From an uncultured virus (IMG/VR IMGVR_UViG_3300037307_000895) (Duplodnaviria; Heunggongvirae; Uroviricota; Caudoviricetes), in IMG/VR virus record IMGVR_UViG_3300037307_000895: a stretch of DNA of 64,000 nucleotides. The stretch is one strand, 5' to 3'. How positions within the stretch are numbered: the first letter of the stretch is position 1; every line of letters starts with the position of its first letter. The notes beneath the pieces are model-generated. The model searched no databases. It was not told where the DNA came from and saw only the letters and a list, made by a program, of their open reading frames with translations. Below are positions 40,534-51,659 of the stretch, one piece after another. A program made the position numbers and the translations under genes.

Positions 40534-40567
40534 AAAAAATCCCAATCAATTTGATTGGGATTTTTTT
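40534..40567. terminator. Bidirectional intrinsic terminator
   Basis: aaaaaatcccaatcaa / ttgattgggatttttt between convergent genes. Confidence 0.8.
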
Positions 40568-40752
40568 ATTTCTTCAATTACACCTCTATCGAATAACTCT
40601 TTGAATACTGATTCACAAGTATACGGTTTATCATAATAGAATTCAATATTTGTAATAATGTTATTGATTCCAGCTTGGTATAATCTATCTATATTGAACT
40701 TCTGTATATCTAAATTATACTTTGATAATAATATGTAGATTTTTTCTCTCAT
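40546..40752 (-). CDS. Hypothetical protein
   Basis: 68 aa downstream of recombinase. Confidence 0.45.
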   Translation of the reverse strand: MREKIYILLSKYNLDIQKFNIDRLYQAGINNIITNIEFYYDKPYTCESVFKELFDRGVIEEIKKSQSN

Positions 40753-40766
40753 TGATTTTTTTATTT

Positions 40767-41999
40767 TTAGCTAAATAAATCATTAGCGTCAACATCATCA
40801 CGGAACTCATTTTCGTCTACTTCATCAGATTCAATGATACTATTAAATTGTCTTTCAACCTCTTCGATTTCATCTAATGATTTAAATCTAAAGTAATCGT
40901 TAACAATTGGTTCCATCTTTTTAAGAACATCCATTGTAAATACTTCTGATGTGAATAATTGTTTGGTTGTTACTGATTTATCTAAGTGTGAAATATACCA
41001 ACGATTTCCACCTGGAACAAATTTGGCTTCTCCTGTTTTCTTGTCAACCTCATATTTGCCTTGAGCAATGCCAATTTGGTCAAAAAATTCTGGGCGACAA
41101 AACGCATCTAATCCAGTGTATGGATTCATTCCGTGTAAAAATGATATTTCAAATTTTATTTTTTTAGGTTTAGCTAATCTGTTTTTAGTAGTTTTAAATG
41201 TTACGACTATACCAGATGATCCTAAATCCATATCATCTTCTTCGGAAGTTTTTAATTTCGCTTTACTCATAAATCCTATAACTGAAGCAGAATATAGAAG
41301 AGCGTTACCTCCTTTTAATTTCTCTACGCTAAATAAATCTAAAGTTTGATATGTATGGTTACATACGATCATTGGAATTTCTAAATATCCTAAGTCAGTG
41401 CTGATTGATCTAAACATAGAACCTAATGCTTTTGCCTTAGTCATATCTTGTTTAATATCACCTTTTAACAAATCTTCTTTTTCTTTATTAGAAGCCATTT
41501 GTCCTAATGAATCTAAAACAATCATTAGATTTGGTAATTCAAATCCAGCTAATTTTTGTTCCTTTAATTCATCTACCAATTGAGTCAATAGAATATTAAC
41601 ATCTTCAACTTTGTTAGAAGAAATAAGTCTAAATTTCTCTAATGAGTTATCAATTCCAAATTTAGGTAAATCTTCCAAATCAATTGACTGTTCTGTATCA
41701 ATATAGATAATTGAATATCCTTCTTTTTGAGCGTGTCTAGCACAAGAATATGCTAAGAATGATTTACCTGCTCCTGATTCACCAGCAAATGCGGTAATTC
41801 TATTATTAGCCACACCACCACCTAATAACTTACCAGATAGAGCGGCATCTAATAGATAAACACCTGTTGTAAGGAATACTTTTTCTTTTATTTCTTTTTT
41901 GATTTGAACTGGAACTGTTTTTGCTATATTATCCAATATAGTTCCTACTTTACTAAATTCGAATTTTTTTACTTCTTTTTCTTTACTAGCTTTTGCCAT
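40767..41999 (-). CDS. uvsX: RecA/UvsX-like recombinase
   Basis: LTTG..LLD.ALSG, Walker A AGESGAGKS, YIDTE, IVLDSLG, NHTY, GG..L.YSAS, KNR. Confidence 0.88.
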   Translation of the reverse strand: MAKASKEKEVKKFEFSKVGTILDNIAKTVPVQIKKEIKEKVFLTTGVYLLDAALSGKLLGGGVANNRITAFAGESGAGKSFLAYSCARHAQKEGYSIIYIDTEQSIDLEDLPKFGIDNSLEKFRLISSNKVEDVNILLTQLVDELKEQKLAGFELPNLMIVLDSLGQMASNKEKEDLLKGDIKQDMTKAKALGSMFRSISTDLGYLEIPMIVCNHTYQTLDLFSVEKLKGGNALLYSASVIGFMSKAKLKTSEEDDMDLGSSGIVVTFKTTKNRLAKPKKIKFEISFLHGMNPYTGLDAFCRPEFFDQIGIAQGKYEVDKKTGEAKFVPGGNRWYISHLDKSVTTKQLFTSEVFTMDVLKKMEPIVNDYFRFKSLDEIEEVERQFNSIIESDEVDENEFRDDVDANDLFS

Positions 42000-42104
42000 A
42001 AAATATAATTATTTTTATACATTATATATTAAAAAACATACCCCCGTTTTCAAGTATTAAAAATAAAAATTAAAAGGGGGGTATAACTTTTTAATATATA
42101 AGTT

Positions 42105-42989
42105 ATGACAAGAAATAATTTTTTAGAAAAAGCAAGAAATAGACACGGTTATAAGTATTCATATGATAATATACCTGATAAAATAACCTTAAAAGACACA
42201 ATAGAAGTTATATATGAGGGTATATCATATTATCAAAAGGCATCAAAACATTTATTAGGAAAATGCCCCGAAAAAATAACACTAAATAAAACAACCAATG
42301 AATTTATTAGGCAATCCAAGGAGATGTGGGGAGATAAATTTGATTATTCCATCACAGAATATATTAATGCTAATACTAAAATAAAAGTAATAGATAAAGA
42401 AACAGGGAATATCATCGAACAATTGCCTAATAATCATTTATACGGTCATCTATCTAACCGGATAGAAAAATATGATTTTATTCAGATGTCAAAATTAGTA
42501 TCTGATTATAGATATGACTACTCAAAATGTGATTATGTGAATAAAATAACTAAAGTTAAAATTATTTGCCCAATTCATGGTGATTTTGATGTTTACCCTC
42601 ATTTACATTTAAATCAAGGATATGTTTGTAGTGAGTGTTATGAGTCAGAAGCTATTCGAGAAATATCTAAGTTTTTAAAAAAATATGATATTAATTACTC
42701 AAAACAACATCGATTCAAAGATTGTAGAAATCGATATGAGTTGCCATTTGATTTTTTTATTCCTTCAATTAGAGGTTGTATTGATTTTAGAGGAAAGCAA
42801 TATTATGAGCCAAGTAAATATTTTGGTGGAGTAGAATCTTATAATCAATTATTGATTAATAATAGAATAAAATTAGAATATTGTGAAGAACATTTTATAG
42901 AACTTATAATAGTTAGATATGATCAAATAGAAGATATTCATCAAATACTATGGGAAGCGTTAAAGAATAAGATAAAGATTAGGATATAA
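42105..42989 (+). CDS. Putative free-standing homing endonuclease (DUF723-like repeats plus Vsr/PD-(D/E)XK-like C-terminus)
   Basis: HGYKYSY, FDYSITEY, YDYSKCDY...IICPIHG, LPFDF...IDF.G.Q. Confidence 0.7.
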   Translation: MTRNNFLEKARNRHGYKYSYDNIPDKITLKDTIEVIYEGISYYQKASKHLLGKCPEKITLNKTTNEFIRQSKEMWGDKFDYSITEYINANTKIKVIDKETGNIIEQLPNNHLYGHLSNRIEKYDFIQMSKLVSDYRYDYSKCDYVNKITKVKIICPIHGDFDVYPHLHLNQGYVCSECYESEAIREISKFLKKYDINYSKQHRFKDCRNRYELPFDFFIPSIRGCIDFRGKQYYEPSKYFGGVESYNQLLINNRIKLEYCEEHFIELIIVRYDQIEDIHQILWEALKNKIKIRI

Positions 42990-43251
42990 CTAATTTCTTT
43001 TTATTCATATCAAACCATTCTTCAATCGTATATATGTTATTTTTTAAAACTTTAATATCTATTTTGTCCATAAATATTCCTTTAAATATTTCAATTTCTT
43101 CCCAATGATCAAATCCACTGTGCCCTAAATATCTCCATTGTTTATCTTTAAAGTAGGAATCAATGAATTCTAAAAATTTTTCTTTAGATTCATATTCAAA
43201 TGGAACAATGGAATAATCACTAAAATTTTTGTGTTTAATAATTAACTTCAT
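42979..43251 (-). CDS. Hypothetical protein
   Basis: ORF 90 aa. Confidence 0.5.
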   Translation of the reverse strand: MKLIIKHKNFSDYSIVPFEYESKEKFLEFIDSYFKDKQWRYLGHSGFDHWEEIEIFKGIFMDKIDIKVLKNNIYTIEEWFDMNKKKLVIS

Positions 43252-43265
43252 TTTGACTCGGTTGT

Positions 43266-44192
43266 TTATAAATTTTTAACAACTATATCAATTAACTCTT
43301 TATGTTCATCTTCTGTTAATTCAATCTTTGATTCATCAAATATCATAAAGTTTTCATTTTTCATTATTCGAATGTCTGGTACTCTAGCTAAGAAAGTATT
43401 AATACCTCTGATATAATATCTATCTGAAAATTCAGAGACAGATAATGCTTTTTTCATACCTTCTTTTGATCCAACCATAGCGGCTGATAATAATTTTAAT
43501 GATGATTTTAAGTGATTTATAAATTTACCTCTTGCTCTTTTAACTAATATTCTAAGTATCCATTTTAATAGTTCATAAGCGGCAATTACAGTTAGTAAAA
43601 TAGTGCCAAACCCCTCGTTCATAGACTCTTCATCTATTTCAAAAAATATATCTAATACCTTTTTAGTTTGTTCGTCACCTTCGAAATACCAAACTTCATT
43701 ATCATGTAGTGATATTTTATTTTTATTTAATAATTTTATCAATAGTGATTCTCTTCTAAAAAGATTCATATCATCATCAGATATGTCAATTTTAACGCAT
43801 CCCTCACCATCTTTTGAAGGTCTTTTATCAGACACAATCGATTCTCTATATACACCACCTACATTATTAGTTTTAACCAGTCTATCATCTGCTCCTCCTT
43901 TATAAGGATAAGATTTAAATGAAAACTCTGTTTCTTTAATCCTTTCGGGATTATCCATGAAATATTTAATAGCAGTTTCTTTAGCAAATTCTAATTCCGA
44001 ATCTTCTTTAGGTATTTCAATTCCTACTTCTTTGCATAATTGTTTAACTGATTCTCCTGCTCCTTGATTGAATATTTTTTCAACATATTCTTTAGCTTTT
44101 AATTGGTCAGCTTGATTATATTCCGGATATGATTGATTATCAACTTCAATACCATCTTTGGAAAAATTTTCATATTTTTTAATATATTTCAT
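43266..44192 (-). CDS. Hypothetical protein, N-terminal MKYIKKYENF tag, one hydrophobic helix
   Basis: 308 aa; internal YRES and MNEG resemble the tag's Glu site. Confidence 0.65.
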   Translation of the reverse strand: MKYIKKYENFSKDGIEVDNQSYPEYNQADQLKAKEYVEKIFNQGAGESVKQLCKEVGIEIPKEDSELEFAKETAIKYFMDNPERIKETEFSFKSYPYKGGADDRLVKTNNVGGVYRESIVSDKRPSKDGEGCVKIDISDDDMNLFRRESLLIKLLNKNKISLHDNEVWYFEGDEQTKKVLDIFFEIDEESMNEGFGTILLTVIAAYELLKWILRILVKRARGKFINHLKSSLKLLSAAMVGSKEGMKKALSVSEFSDRYYIRGINTFLARVPDIRIMKNENFMIFDESKIELTEDEHKELIDIVVKNL

Positions 44193-44242
44193 GATTTAGA
44201 AAAATTTTTGTATATTTGTGTATATAGTGTATATATAAAAAT

Positions 44243-44542
44243 ATGATTATGTCAAATTGTAGAAACATCAAGATAGATGAGATAAATGGTGAATTTAATA
44301 AGAAAGTTGTCATGGAACTTTTAGGTATGGATGGAAACGCATTCGTATTGATGGGTGAATTTTCTAAAAGAGCTCGTAGGCAGGGGTGGGCAAAAGAAGA
44401 AATAGATTATGTTTTGGGAAAATGTATGAGTGGAGATTATAATAATTTATTGAGAACATTGATGCAATACACAACCGAAGATGAAGAAAATCCTGAAGTT
44501 GTATATGTCAATGGAAAAGCATATAGGAGGATTGAAGAATGA
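44243..44542 (+). CDS. Conserved hypothetical protein
   Basis: L.G.DGNAF.LMG...AR.QGW...SGDYNNLL. Confidence 0.7.
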   Translation: MIMSNCRNIKIDEINGEFNKKVVMELLGMDGNAFVLMGEFSKRARRQGWAKEEIDYVLGKCMSGDYNNLLRTLMQYTTEDEENPEVVYVNGKAYRRIEE

Positions 44543-44907
44543 GATACATTTTTGCAAAAGTAAAAGGTGGTGAGAAAGGACAAGTTCTTAGAGATAGTAT
44601 GATTGATATTATCTCACTTGAATTTATAGAAGAAGATAAATTTGACTTGAGTGTATTTAATAAATTCATTAAGGATAAGTCTGTATCATATCCTATTATG
44701 AACAACTCTGATTACAATACTATGATGAATTTAGGGAGAACATTAGTTTATGTTGAAAGAGAAAATGTTATACCTACCGAATATTTTAAACCACAACCAG
44801 TATCAGTAATGATTATTGATATAAAACATGAGTATAATAAAGAAATAAATGCTTTTGTAGAAGCATATATAAGAAATAAAAAAATTGAATTATGTTTGAC
44901 AAAATAA
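44539..44907 (+). CDS. Hypothetical protein, C-terminal RNKKIELCL tag
   Basis: ORF 122 aa. Confidence 0.6.
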   Translation: MRYIFAKVKGGEKGQVLRDSMIDIISLEFIEEDKFDLSVFNKFIKDKSVSYPIMNNSDYNTMMNLGRTLVYVERENVIPTEYFKPQPVSVMIIDIKHEYNKEINAFVEAYIRNKKIELCLTK

Positions 44908-45494
44908 AAATAGACCATCAAAATATATTCTTTATATCTGATTTTCATGTCGGTCACCAAAATGTGATCAGATTTGATAATCGACCATTTAAGAATTTAG
45001 ATGAAATGCATATGACTTTGATTAATAATTGGAACAATGTTGTCGGGGATGATGATATTGTTTTTTATTTAGGAGATTTGTTCTATCGTTGTCATTCTAA
45101 ATATCCTATGTGGTTTGTTCATCAGTTAAAAGGTAAAATACACTTCATTTTAGGAAATCATGATAGATATAGAGATATATCAAAGTTAAATAGGTTTGAA
45201 ACTATATCAACAGAAGCTAAGTTAGATGTAAAAGATGATTCTGTTAAAGGAAGATATCAACATTTTCATTTACATCATCACCCAATTATTTCTTGGAATA
45301 AAGCATCACATGGTGCTATACACTTACATGGTCACTGTCACCAAAAAATGGCAATGAGTCCTGATTATGCTTGGTTGTATAAAAGAAAGATTATGGATGT
45401 AGGGTGTAATGGAATAAACTATACACCTATATCTTATACTCAGGTGCAACAAATAATGAATTCAAAATTAATAGGAAGTGATGAAGAAATCTAA
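44892..45494 (+). CDS. Calcineurin-like metallophosphoesterase
   Basis: SDFH.GH, LGD, GNHD, H.P, HGH.H, DVG. Confidence 0.9.
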   Translation: MFDKIKIDHQNIFFISDFHVGHQNVIRFDNRPFKNLDEMHMTLINNWNNVVGDDDIVFYLGDLFYRCHSKYPMWFVHQLKGKIHFILGNHDRYRDISKLNRFETISTEAKLDVKDDSVKGRYQHFHLHHHPIISWNKASHGAIHLHGHCHQKMAMSPDYAWLYKRKIMDVGCNGINYTPISYTQVQQIMNSKLIGSDEEI

Positions 45495-45954
45495 TTTAGA
45501 TAATATGGCTGAAAAGTTGAGAATTTTTTTGGAATCTGACGAAGGAAAACAATCAATTATCGACTTTAAAAATAAAATGAAGGAAGGAGAAGAAATTAAA
45601 TTACAATATTTTGAGAGTCAAGAGTTTAATGAATCTTTAGAAGAAATAAAGAAGTGGATGATTGATAATGGTATAACAATGATAGATGGTGAAGATTATC
45701 AATACGGAACTTATTATGACACTAAAATTGGTTCAATCGAACTTCCAATTGACGAAGATAGATATTTCAAATTGACTGAATCAGTTTTCAGTAAATTTAA
45801 AGATAAAGAAGATAAATCTATACCTTTTGCAAATGGATATGTTGAATACAAAGAATGGAAATTTTCTTGGGTCAGTGGACAAGGTTCAATTCATAGAATT
45901 GAATTGAATATTGCTAAAATGAGAAATGAATCAATTAAAAAAATATTAAAATGA
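45478..45954 (+). CDS. Hypothetical protein, C-terminal RNESIKKILK tag
   Basis: ORF 158 aa. Confidence 0.6.
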   Translation: MMKKSNLDNMAEKLRIFLESDEGKQSIIDFKNKMKEGEEIKLQYFESQEFNESLEEIKKWMIDNGITMIDGEDYQYGTYYDTKIGSIELPIDEDRYFKLTESVFSKFKDKEDKSIPFANGYVEYKEWKFSWVSGQGSIHRIELNIAKMRNESIKKILK

Positions 45955-46475
45955 GTGCATATTACGAAGAATATTTAGATAGCTGCCCTTTTTGTGATGG
46001 TGTAATCAGAGATAAATCTTATGATAGGGGAATTGTGTTTGTATGTGAAGATTGTGGTCATAGAAAAGATTATCCTGGGTTATTACAAATGGTTAAAAAT
46101 CAATATCCAATACCTTATTCTGACGGTAAAGGTGGTACAAAAGATCCATCTGAAGTAAAGAATCAAGAATATTATCATAAAGATGCTTCTCTAAATGCTG
46201 TTAAAGAATTTAATGATTGGGTAAAAGCTAAAAGACTAGAAAGGAGTAGAGAGAAAAAGTTAAAATCTCTAACTGATCCATATACTTATTATAATTACCA
46301 AAAATATATGAAAGTCTTGAACTCAGCTATAGAAGAAACCGAAAGAAGAATGATGGATTTAGAAAAGCAAAAAATGATTTCTCAACTTACTCACGAAGAG
46401 TGGATACAATGGGAGAAAGGTGAGTTGAAGCTTGAACAAATCATAAGAGATAAACAAATTAATCAAATTATATGA
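45951..46475 (+). CDS. Lar-like zinc-ribbon protein with two tag motifs
   Basis: CPFCDG...CEDCG; REKKLKSL and C-terminal RDKQINQII. Confidence 0.6.
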   Translation: MSAYYEEYLDSCPFCDGVIRDKSYDRGIVFVCEDCGHRKDYPGLLQMVKNQYPIPYSDGKGGTKDPSEVKNQEYYHKDASLNAVKEFNDWVKAKRLERSREKKLKSLTDPYTYYNYQKYMKVLNSAIEETERRMMDLEKQKMISQLTHEEWIQWEKGELKLEQIIRDKQINQII

Positions 46476-47086
46476 TACACATTTTTGATGATGAAATTGA
46501 TTTGGCAAAAATTACTTGTCATTCGGGTGGGGCGCCTGGATCAGATACTTATTGGGAAAAAATGGGGGAGAAAGTAGGAATCAAAGTTAAAGCCTATTCT
46601 TACAAAACCAAATATCATACTTCACCTAATAAGGTTGAAATATCTGAAGATGATTATCAAGAAGGTATCATTCAAGTTAACCGTGCTAATCATTGGTTAA
46701 ATAGATATGGAATTCATAAATATATGAATTTACTGGCTCGTAATTGGGCTCAAGTTAAATATTCAAAACAAATAATTGCTATTGGAACTATTGTGAACCC
46801 CGGTGAAAAATCATCTAAAGGTTATCGTAGTAATGCTAAATATCAATCAGTTGATGGTGGAACAGGATATGCTGTCCAAATGGGAATTGATAATTTGAAA
46901 GAAGTTTATGTGTTTGACCAAGTAAAAGAAAAGTGGTTTAGATGGAGCTATTCATCTATGTCATTCATTGAAACTACTTGTCCTAAAATATTAGCACAAG
47001 ATTTTGCTGGAATTGGAACAAGAGAAATAAATGTTGCGGGTATTAACGCAATTAAAGATGTATATAAAAAAACTTTTAATTTATGA
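46472..47086 (+). CDS. SLOG/DprA-like (YspA-related) protein
   Basis: HSGGAPGSD, RN, GGTGYAV, FAGIGTR. Confidence 0.65.
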   Translation: MIHIFDDEIDLAKITCHSGGAPGSDTYWEKMGEKVGIKVKAYSYKTKYHTSPNKVEISEDDYQEGIIQVNRANHWLNRYGIHKYMNLLARNWAQVKYSKQIIAIGTIVNPGEKSSKGYRSNAKYQSVDGGTGYAVQMGIDNLKEVYVFDQVKEKWFRWSYSSMSFIETTCPKILAQDFAGIGTREINVAGINAIKDVYKKTFNL

Positions 47087-48133
47087 ATGATGTTATAATA
47101 AAAGAAGTTCCACTTGTAAATGGAAAAATTGCAATTTTTAAATATGTGTGTAGTGATGATCCAGTTCATCCTTTAAATGAGGCAATTCGTTTGTATGTAG
47201 GGGATTACAAAGGAATATATCATGAAATGATCGACATTAGCATGGATAACCCTTGGGTTAGAGTTATTATGACCGATATTAATGAAATACAAGAAGGTTG
47301 TGTAGAGCTTACAACTGATATTTTAAGAGATTGGACATTAAAACACTTATTAAATGAAAAATAATAGTATTTATATTAACGATACATTTATTCCATATGA
47401 GAATATTAATATACAAAGAGATATTGTATATTTTCTTATTAGGAAGGAATATTTAGAAAAATGTGTATCTTTACAATCAAATAAGATATTATTTCAACAT
47501 GGATTTACTGTTAAAGATACTGGCGGATCAACCATAATTCCACAACAAGAAAGGCATTGGTGGGAAATAGTGAATTTGGATTCAATGATTTATAGTGAAG
47601 ATGTTTATGCTAGGCCAGGCCTTTTTGAATTATCAATTTCAGGTAAAAGAGAGTTAATTGATATTAAAAGTTTACAAAGAGATTATTTTATTGATAAAAT
47701 ATTAGATATATGAAAAAATGTAAATGTATTAAAGAATCTTCGTGGTTTCTAATTGATGATTCTTTTGATGGAAATTCTAATATTAAGGGAGGAAGATTTT
47801 CTTTTATAGAAAATGATGACTATTATTATTTTGTTGAAAACACCGCTTTTGGTAAATGTTTTTCTGTGATACACCCTAAACATGGAAAAGAAAATCCAGT
47901 TGGATTTTCTGAAGAAAAATTTTTAGAAAACTTTAAAATTTTAGAAAATGAATAAATTTTGGAAATGGTATGATAATTTGAATGAACCATGGAGGTTCCT
48001 TTTTGCAATCTTTGTCTTATGTTCTCCACTTCATATTGGAAATTTGATGGGCCAATTTGATAGTAAATATTTTTTACTTATTGGAATGATGTTGCCTATT
48101 ATGGTTACACGAATAATTTACAATGCAAAGTGA
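47083..48133 (+). CDS. Four small hypothetical ORFs (47083-47364, 47354-47713, 47710-47955, 47948-48133)
   Basis: Overlapping stop/start run; first two end in RDWTLKHLL and RDYFIDKIL tags, last is hydrophobic. Confidence 0.55.
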
Positions 48134-48258
48134 TTATTTATAAAATAAATATTCCCAAAGGTAAGATGATTGAGACTTTAGATAGTTATTTATAAACTTT
48201 TGATGGATTTTTTATATAAGTATATTTAATTCTAATTCTAAACATAAAAAATTAAAAC

Positions 48259-48732
48259 ATGACAAAAATAGCAGTCACGAAATCTGGTCTCAAAAAAATG
48301 GAAGAAGAGATATTCAGATTAAAAGGTAAAGAAATGAGGGAGGCTTTGGAAGCATTATCTGAGGCTAGGGAGAAAGGTGACATTTCTGAAAATTCGGAAT
48401 ATGAAGTTGCTAAGCAGAATATTGATATGCTCAATATTAAAATACAATCTTTAGAAGAAAGATATAGAAACACAGTTGTTGTTAGTAAAGATAATATTTC
48501 AACTGATACGGTGCAATTATTTACCAAAGTAAAAGTTCAAAATATTAAAACTAAAAAAGAACTATTATTTACTATAGTAACTGACGATGAAGTTGATGTC
48601 AAGTCAGGTAAAATATCACAAAATAGTCCTATTGCAAAGGGATTAATCGGTAATTCTAAAGGTAAAAAGGTTAAAATAGATGTACCTGCTGGACAAATGG
48701 AATTTAAAATTATTGATATAAGTTTAGACTAA
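48259..48732 (+). CDS. greA: Transcription elongation factor GreA
   Basis: AREKGDISENSEY..AK, KIS.NSPIAKGLIG, V.I.VPAG. Confidence 0.93.
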   Translation: MTKIAVTKSGLKKMEEEIFRLKGKEMREALEALSEAREKGDISENSEYEVAKQNIDMLNIKIQSLEERYRNTVVVSKDNISTDTVQLFTKVKVQNIKTKKELLFTIVTDDEVDVKSGKISQNSPIAKGLIGNSKGKKVKIDVPAGQMEFKIIDISLD

Positions 48733-48734
48733 AA

Positions 48735-49179
48735 ATGTATAAACGTATTTTTTGCAAACATTGTTTCGTCCCTTTAAGAAATATACATGGTGATGAGATC
48801 AATATTACTAATGCTAGAAGTGAATGGGTTTGCCATAAATGTCAGAAAAGAAAATATGAGTCTATGTTAATATCAGAGTCCGATTTTATAGAATCAAAAA
48901 GAGACATAAAAATTAAAGAGATTTTAGATGGGATTATTACCAAAAGCTAAACGTGTTTATGCTCAAACATATAAACAAGATGAAGTTGAAGAAATCAAAA
49001 AAAGAATCTTTATCGAAAATAGAGATAGAAAAATAATATCTATAATAAATGATTGTGAATATGTTGAACAGAAATTAGAAGATGATCCAGAATTTAAAAA
49101 AATAACACATATTGAGGTTAAACCTTTGCCTAAACCATCATTAAATTTACTTTACATAGATTTCACTTATAAAAATTAA
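48735..49179 (+). CDS. Two small hypothetical ORFs (48735-48950, 48928-49179)
   Basis: RDIKIKEIL and RDRKIISII motifs. Confidence 0.55.
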
Positions 49180-49182
49180 AAT

Positions 49183-49605
49183 ATGAAATATAAAGTCAAA
49201 CCAATTACCAATAAGAAAATCAGTTTCGATTTTGATGGAACACTATCAGATGAATTTGATGGAAGTTTAAATAAACAAAAAGAAGAAGTACAAAGTATAT
49301 TAAAGCAATATGTCGAAATGGGTAACGATGTTTATATCGTTACTAAAAGACATTCGCCACAAAATGGATCATTAGGTAAAGTAAATGAACATATTGATGT
49401 TTTGATGACGGCTTCAAAGTTAGGATTACCTGGGAAAAATGTCATTTTTACTGACAGAAAATTAAAGGCAGAAAAATTAATAGAAATGGAAGTTGATATT
49501 CATTTTGAAAATGGAGATTATGAAATTCTTTATCTAAATTCTTTTAATCATAATATAAATGTGGTGATGGTAACTGATCCATATTGGAGAGACTTAGTTT
49601 ACTAA
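49183..49605 (+). CDS. HAD-superfamily protein
   Basis: ISFDFDGTL, IVT.R, K, HFEN. Confidence 0.7.
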   Translation: MKYKVKPITNKKISFDFDGTLSDEFDGSLNKQKEEVQSILKQYVEMGNDVYIVTKRHSPQNGSLGKVNEHIDVLMTASKLGLPGKNVIFTDRKLKAEKLIEMEVDIHFENGDYEILYLNSFNHNINVVMVTDPYWRDLVY

Positions 49606-50131
49606 TGGAAGTAATTTGTGTAGATAACCCAATGACGTATATAAAAACCGAATTTATTATCGGTAAGAAATACACTTGCTTTAAAAAAGTTTCACATACT
49701 ACAAAAATAGACAAAAATGGAACTCATTCATTTGAAACCAGTATATTAGATGGTTGGTATCTTTTCGATGAGCTTGGAAATACTATAAATGCTATTGAAA
49801 GTTGTTTTATTCCTTTAGAAGAATATCGCCAAAGTAAAATAAAAGAAATATTATGCTAAATCAAAAGGTTTATATAAAACCTGAATATGTTGATTTTGTT
49901 AATCCAATTGTTGGTGAAATGGATAAAATTAACTATCAACCATGGGATGTCATTAAAGTATATGAAGAAAGTCAACTAACGGGAAGTATAAATGATGATA
50001 GTAGAAAATTTATTGTTTATGATTTACAACAAAATAAATTTTTTCTAAAAGCCATTAGAGAAGACTATTTAATAACAATTGAAGATAGAAGAGAAGAAAA
50101 ATTACAACAGTTGTTTGATAAAAACATATAA
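49605..50131 (+). CDS. Two small ORFs (49605-49859, 49853-50131) with C-terminal tags
   Basis: RQSKIKEIL and REEKLQQLF. Confidence 0.55.
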
Positions 50132-50137
50132 TAAAAT

Positions 50138-50671
50138 ATGAAAAATACACTTTTTATTAATTTGTTCGGTGGGCCAGGTGTTGGTAAAAGTACCCTTTGT
50201 GCCATGATATTCTCTGATTTAAAAATTAGAGGAATAGAAACTGAAATGGCATTGGAATATGCTAAAGATGTTGTTTGGGAAGAAAATTATAAGAAACTTT
50301 CAAATCAGGTTTATATCTTTGGAAAACAACATAATCGAATTTATAGATTAAACGGCAAAGTGGATGTTGTTATAACAGATTCTCCACTATTAAACTCGAT
50401 TATTTATGATGAAACAGACAATCAAGAACTAAAAGCTCTTGTTTTAGGTGAATTTAAAAAAATGAATACTTTGAATTTTTATGTTGAGAGGTCATTTGAA
50501 TATTCACAAAATGGACGAGTTCAAGATTATGAAGCAGCTTTAGAAAAGGATAGAATATACAAACAACTTTTGGATGAAAATAATATACCTTATATTAAAA
50601 TTCAAAGTGGAAATAAATCCTTATCTTTGATAATAGAAGAAATTTTAGATAAATGGAAGGGTACACAATAA
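50138..50671 (+). CDS. P-loop kinase (AAA_28/NadR-kinase-like)
   Basis: INLFGGPGVGKST, EYAK, ITDSPLL, GR.Q. Confidence 0.8.
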   Translation: MKNTLFINLFGGPGVGKSTLCAMIFSDLKIRGIETEMALEYAKDVVWEENYKKLSNQVYIFGKQHNRIYRLNGKVDVVITDSPLLNSIIYDETDNQELKALVLGEFKKMNTLNFYVERSFEYSQNGRVQDYEAALEKDRIYKQLLDENNIPYIKIQSGNKSLSLIIEEILDKWKGTQ

Positions 50672-50883
50672 TACATATTGGTAATGGTAAATTTAAGGCA
50701 AAAATGACTAACGGTGATGTAAAGGATGTTGGATCAAGTCTTTGTGGAATGATTAAATATACTTACTTTGAAGATACTGAAGAATTGCCCGAAATTGGAT
50801 GGAAAATTACTAGTAATAAATTGATGGAAGATTATTTTCCTAAAATTCAGAGAGATATTTTTTCCGGTAAAATTAAACCATAA
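50653..50883 (+). CDS. Hypothetical protein
   Basis: ORF 76 aa. Confidence 0.45.
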   Translation: MEGYTIIHIGNGKFKAKMTNGDVKDVGSSLCGMIKYTYFEDTEELPEIGWKITSNKLMEDYFPKIQRDIFSGKIKP

Positions 50884-50885
50884 TA

Positions 50886-51659
50886 ATGGAGGTAAACAAA
50901 ATATACAATGAAATAAATATCGTCACCATGAAAAAAATGGATGACGAATCTATTGATGGGATTATAACATCACCCCCTTATAATATCGGAAAAAAAAGGA
51001 AGGACGGATATTATAATACCGGATATCGTGATGTAGATAATTTAACTACTGATGAATATTTGAGGGTTAGAACTTTAGAATTTAAAGAATTTAGTAGAAT
51101 TTTAAAGAAAGGTGGAGTTATTTGTTACAACCTTTCTTATATGCATGATAATCCAATCCTTCCCAATCTATTAGTTACTAAAATACATGAAGAAACAGAT
51201 TTAACTTTGGGTGATATTGTTTATTGGAAAAAAGGAAATTCAATTCCTTTTCAGAGTAGTCCTAACAAATTATCTAGAATTGTTGAACCTGTTTACATTT
51301 TTGTTCATAAATCTCACGTTAATACATATAAAGCCAATAAAGAAGTTTCAAAAATAAACCCTAAGACTAAGCAATCTTTTTATAAAAAATATGATAATTA
51401 CCTTGAAGCTAAAAACAATGACGGGTTTAAGACATCTTTGAAAGCAGTTTATTCAATTGAATTAGTTTCAAAATTGATTAATATCTATTTTCCAAAAGAC
51501 TCTATAATATATGATCCATTTATGGGAAGTGGAACTACTGCAATGGCTTGCTTAATGTGTGGTAGAAATTATATCGGATCGGAAATGAAAGAAGAATTTT
51601 ATAATGATAGTTTAAATCGTATAAATACATTATATGCCAAAAAGGAAAAAATCAAATAA
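50886..51659 (+). CDS. Orphan site-specific DNA methyltransferase (beta class, N4-C/N6-A)
   Basis: ITSPPY before DPFMGSGTT. Confidence 0.9.
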   Translation: MEVNKIYNEINIVTMKKMDDESIDGIITSPPYNIGKKRKDGYYNTGYRDVDNLTTDEYLRVRTLEFKEFSRILKKGGVICYNLSYMHDNPILPNLLVTKIHEETDLTLGDIVYWKKGNSIPFQSSPNKLSRIVEPVYIFVHKSHVNTYKANKEVSKINPKTKQSFYKKYDNYLEAKNNDGFKTSLKAVYSIELVSKLINIYFPKDSIIYDPFMGSGTTAMACLMCGRNYIGSEMKEEFYNDSLNRINTLYAKKEKIK

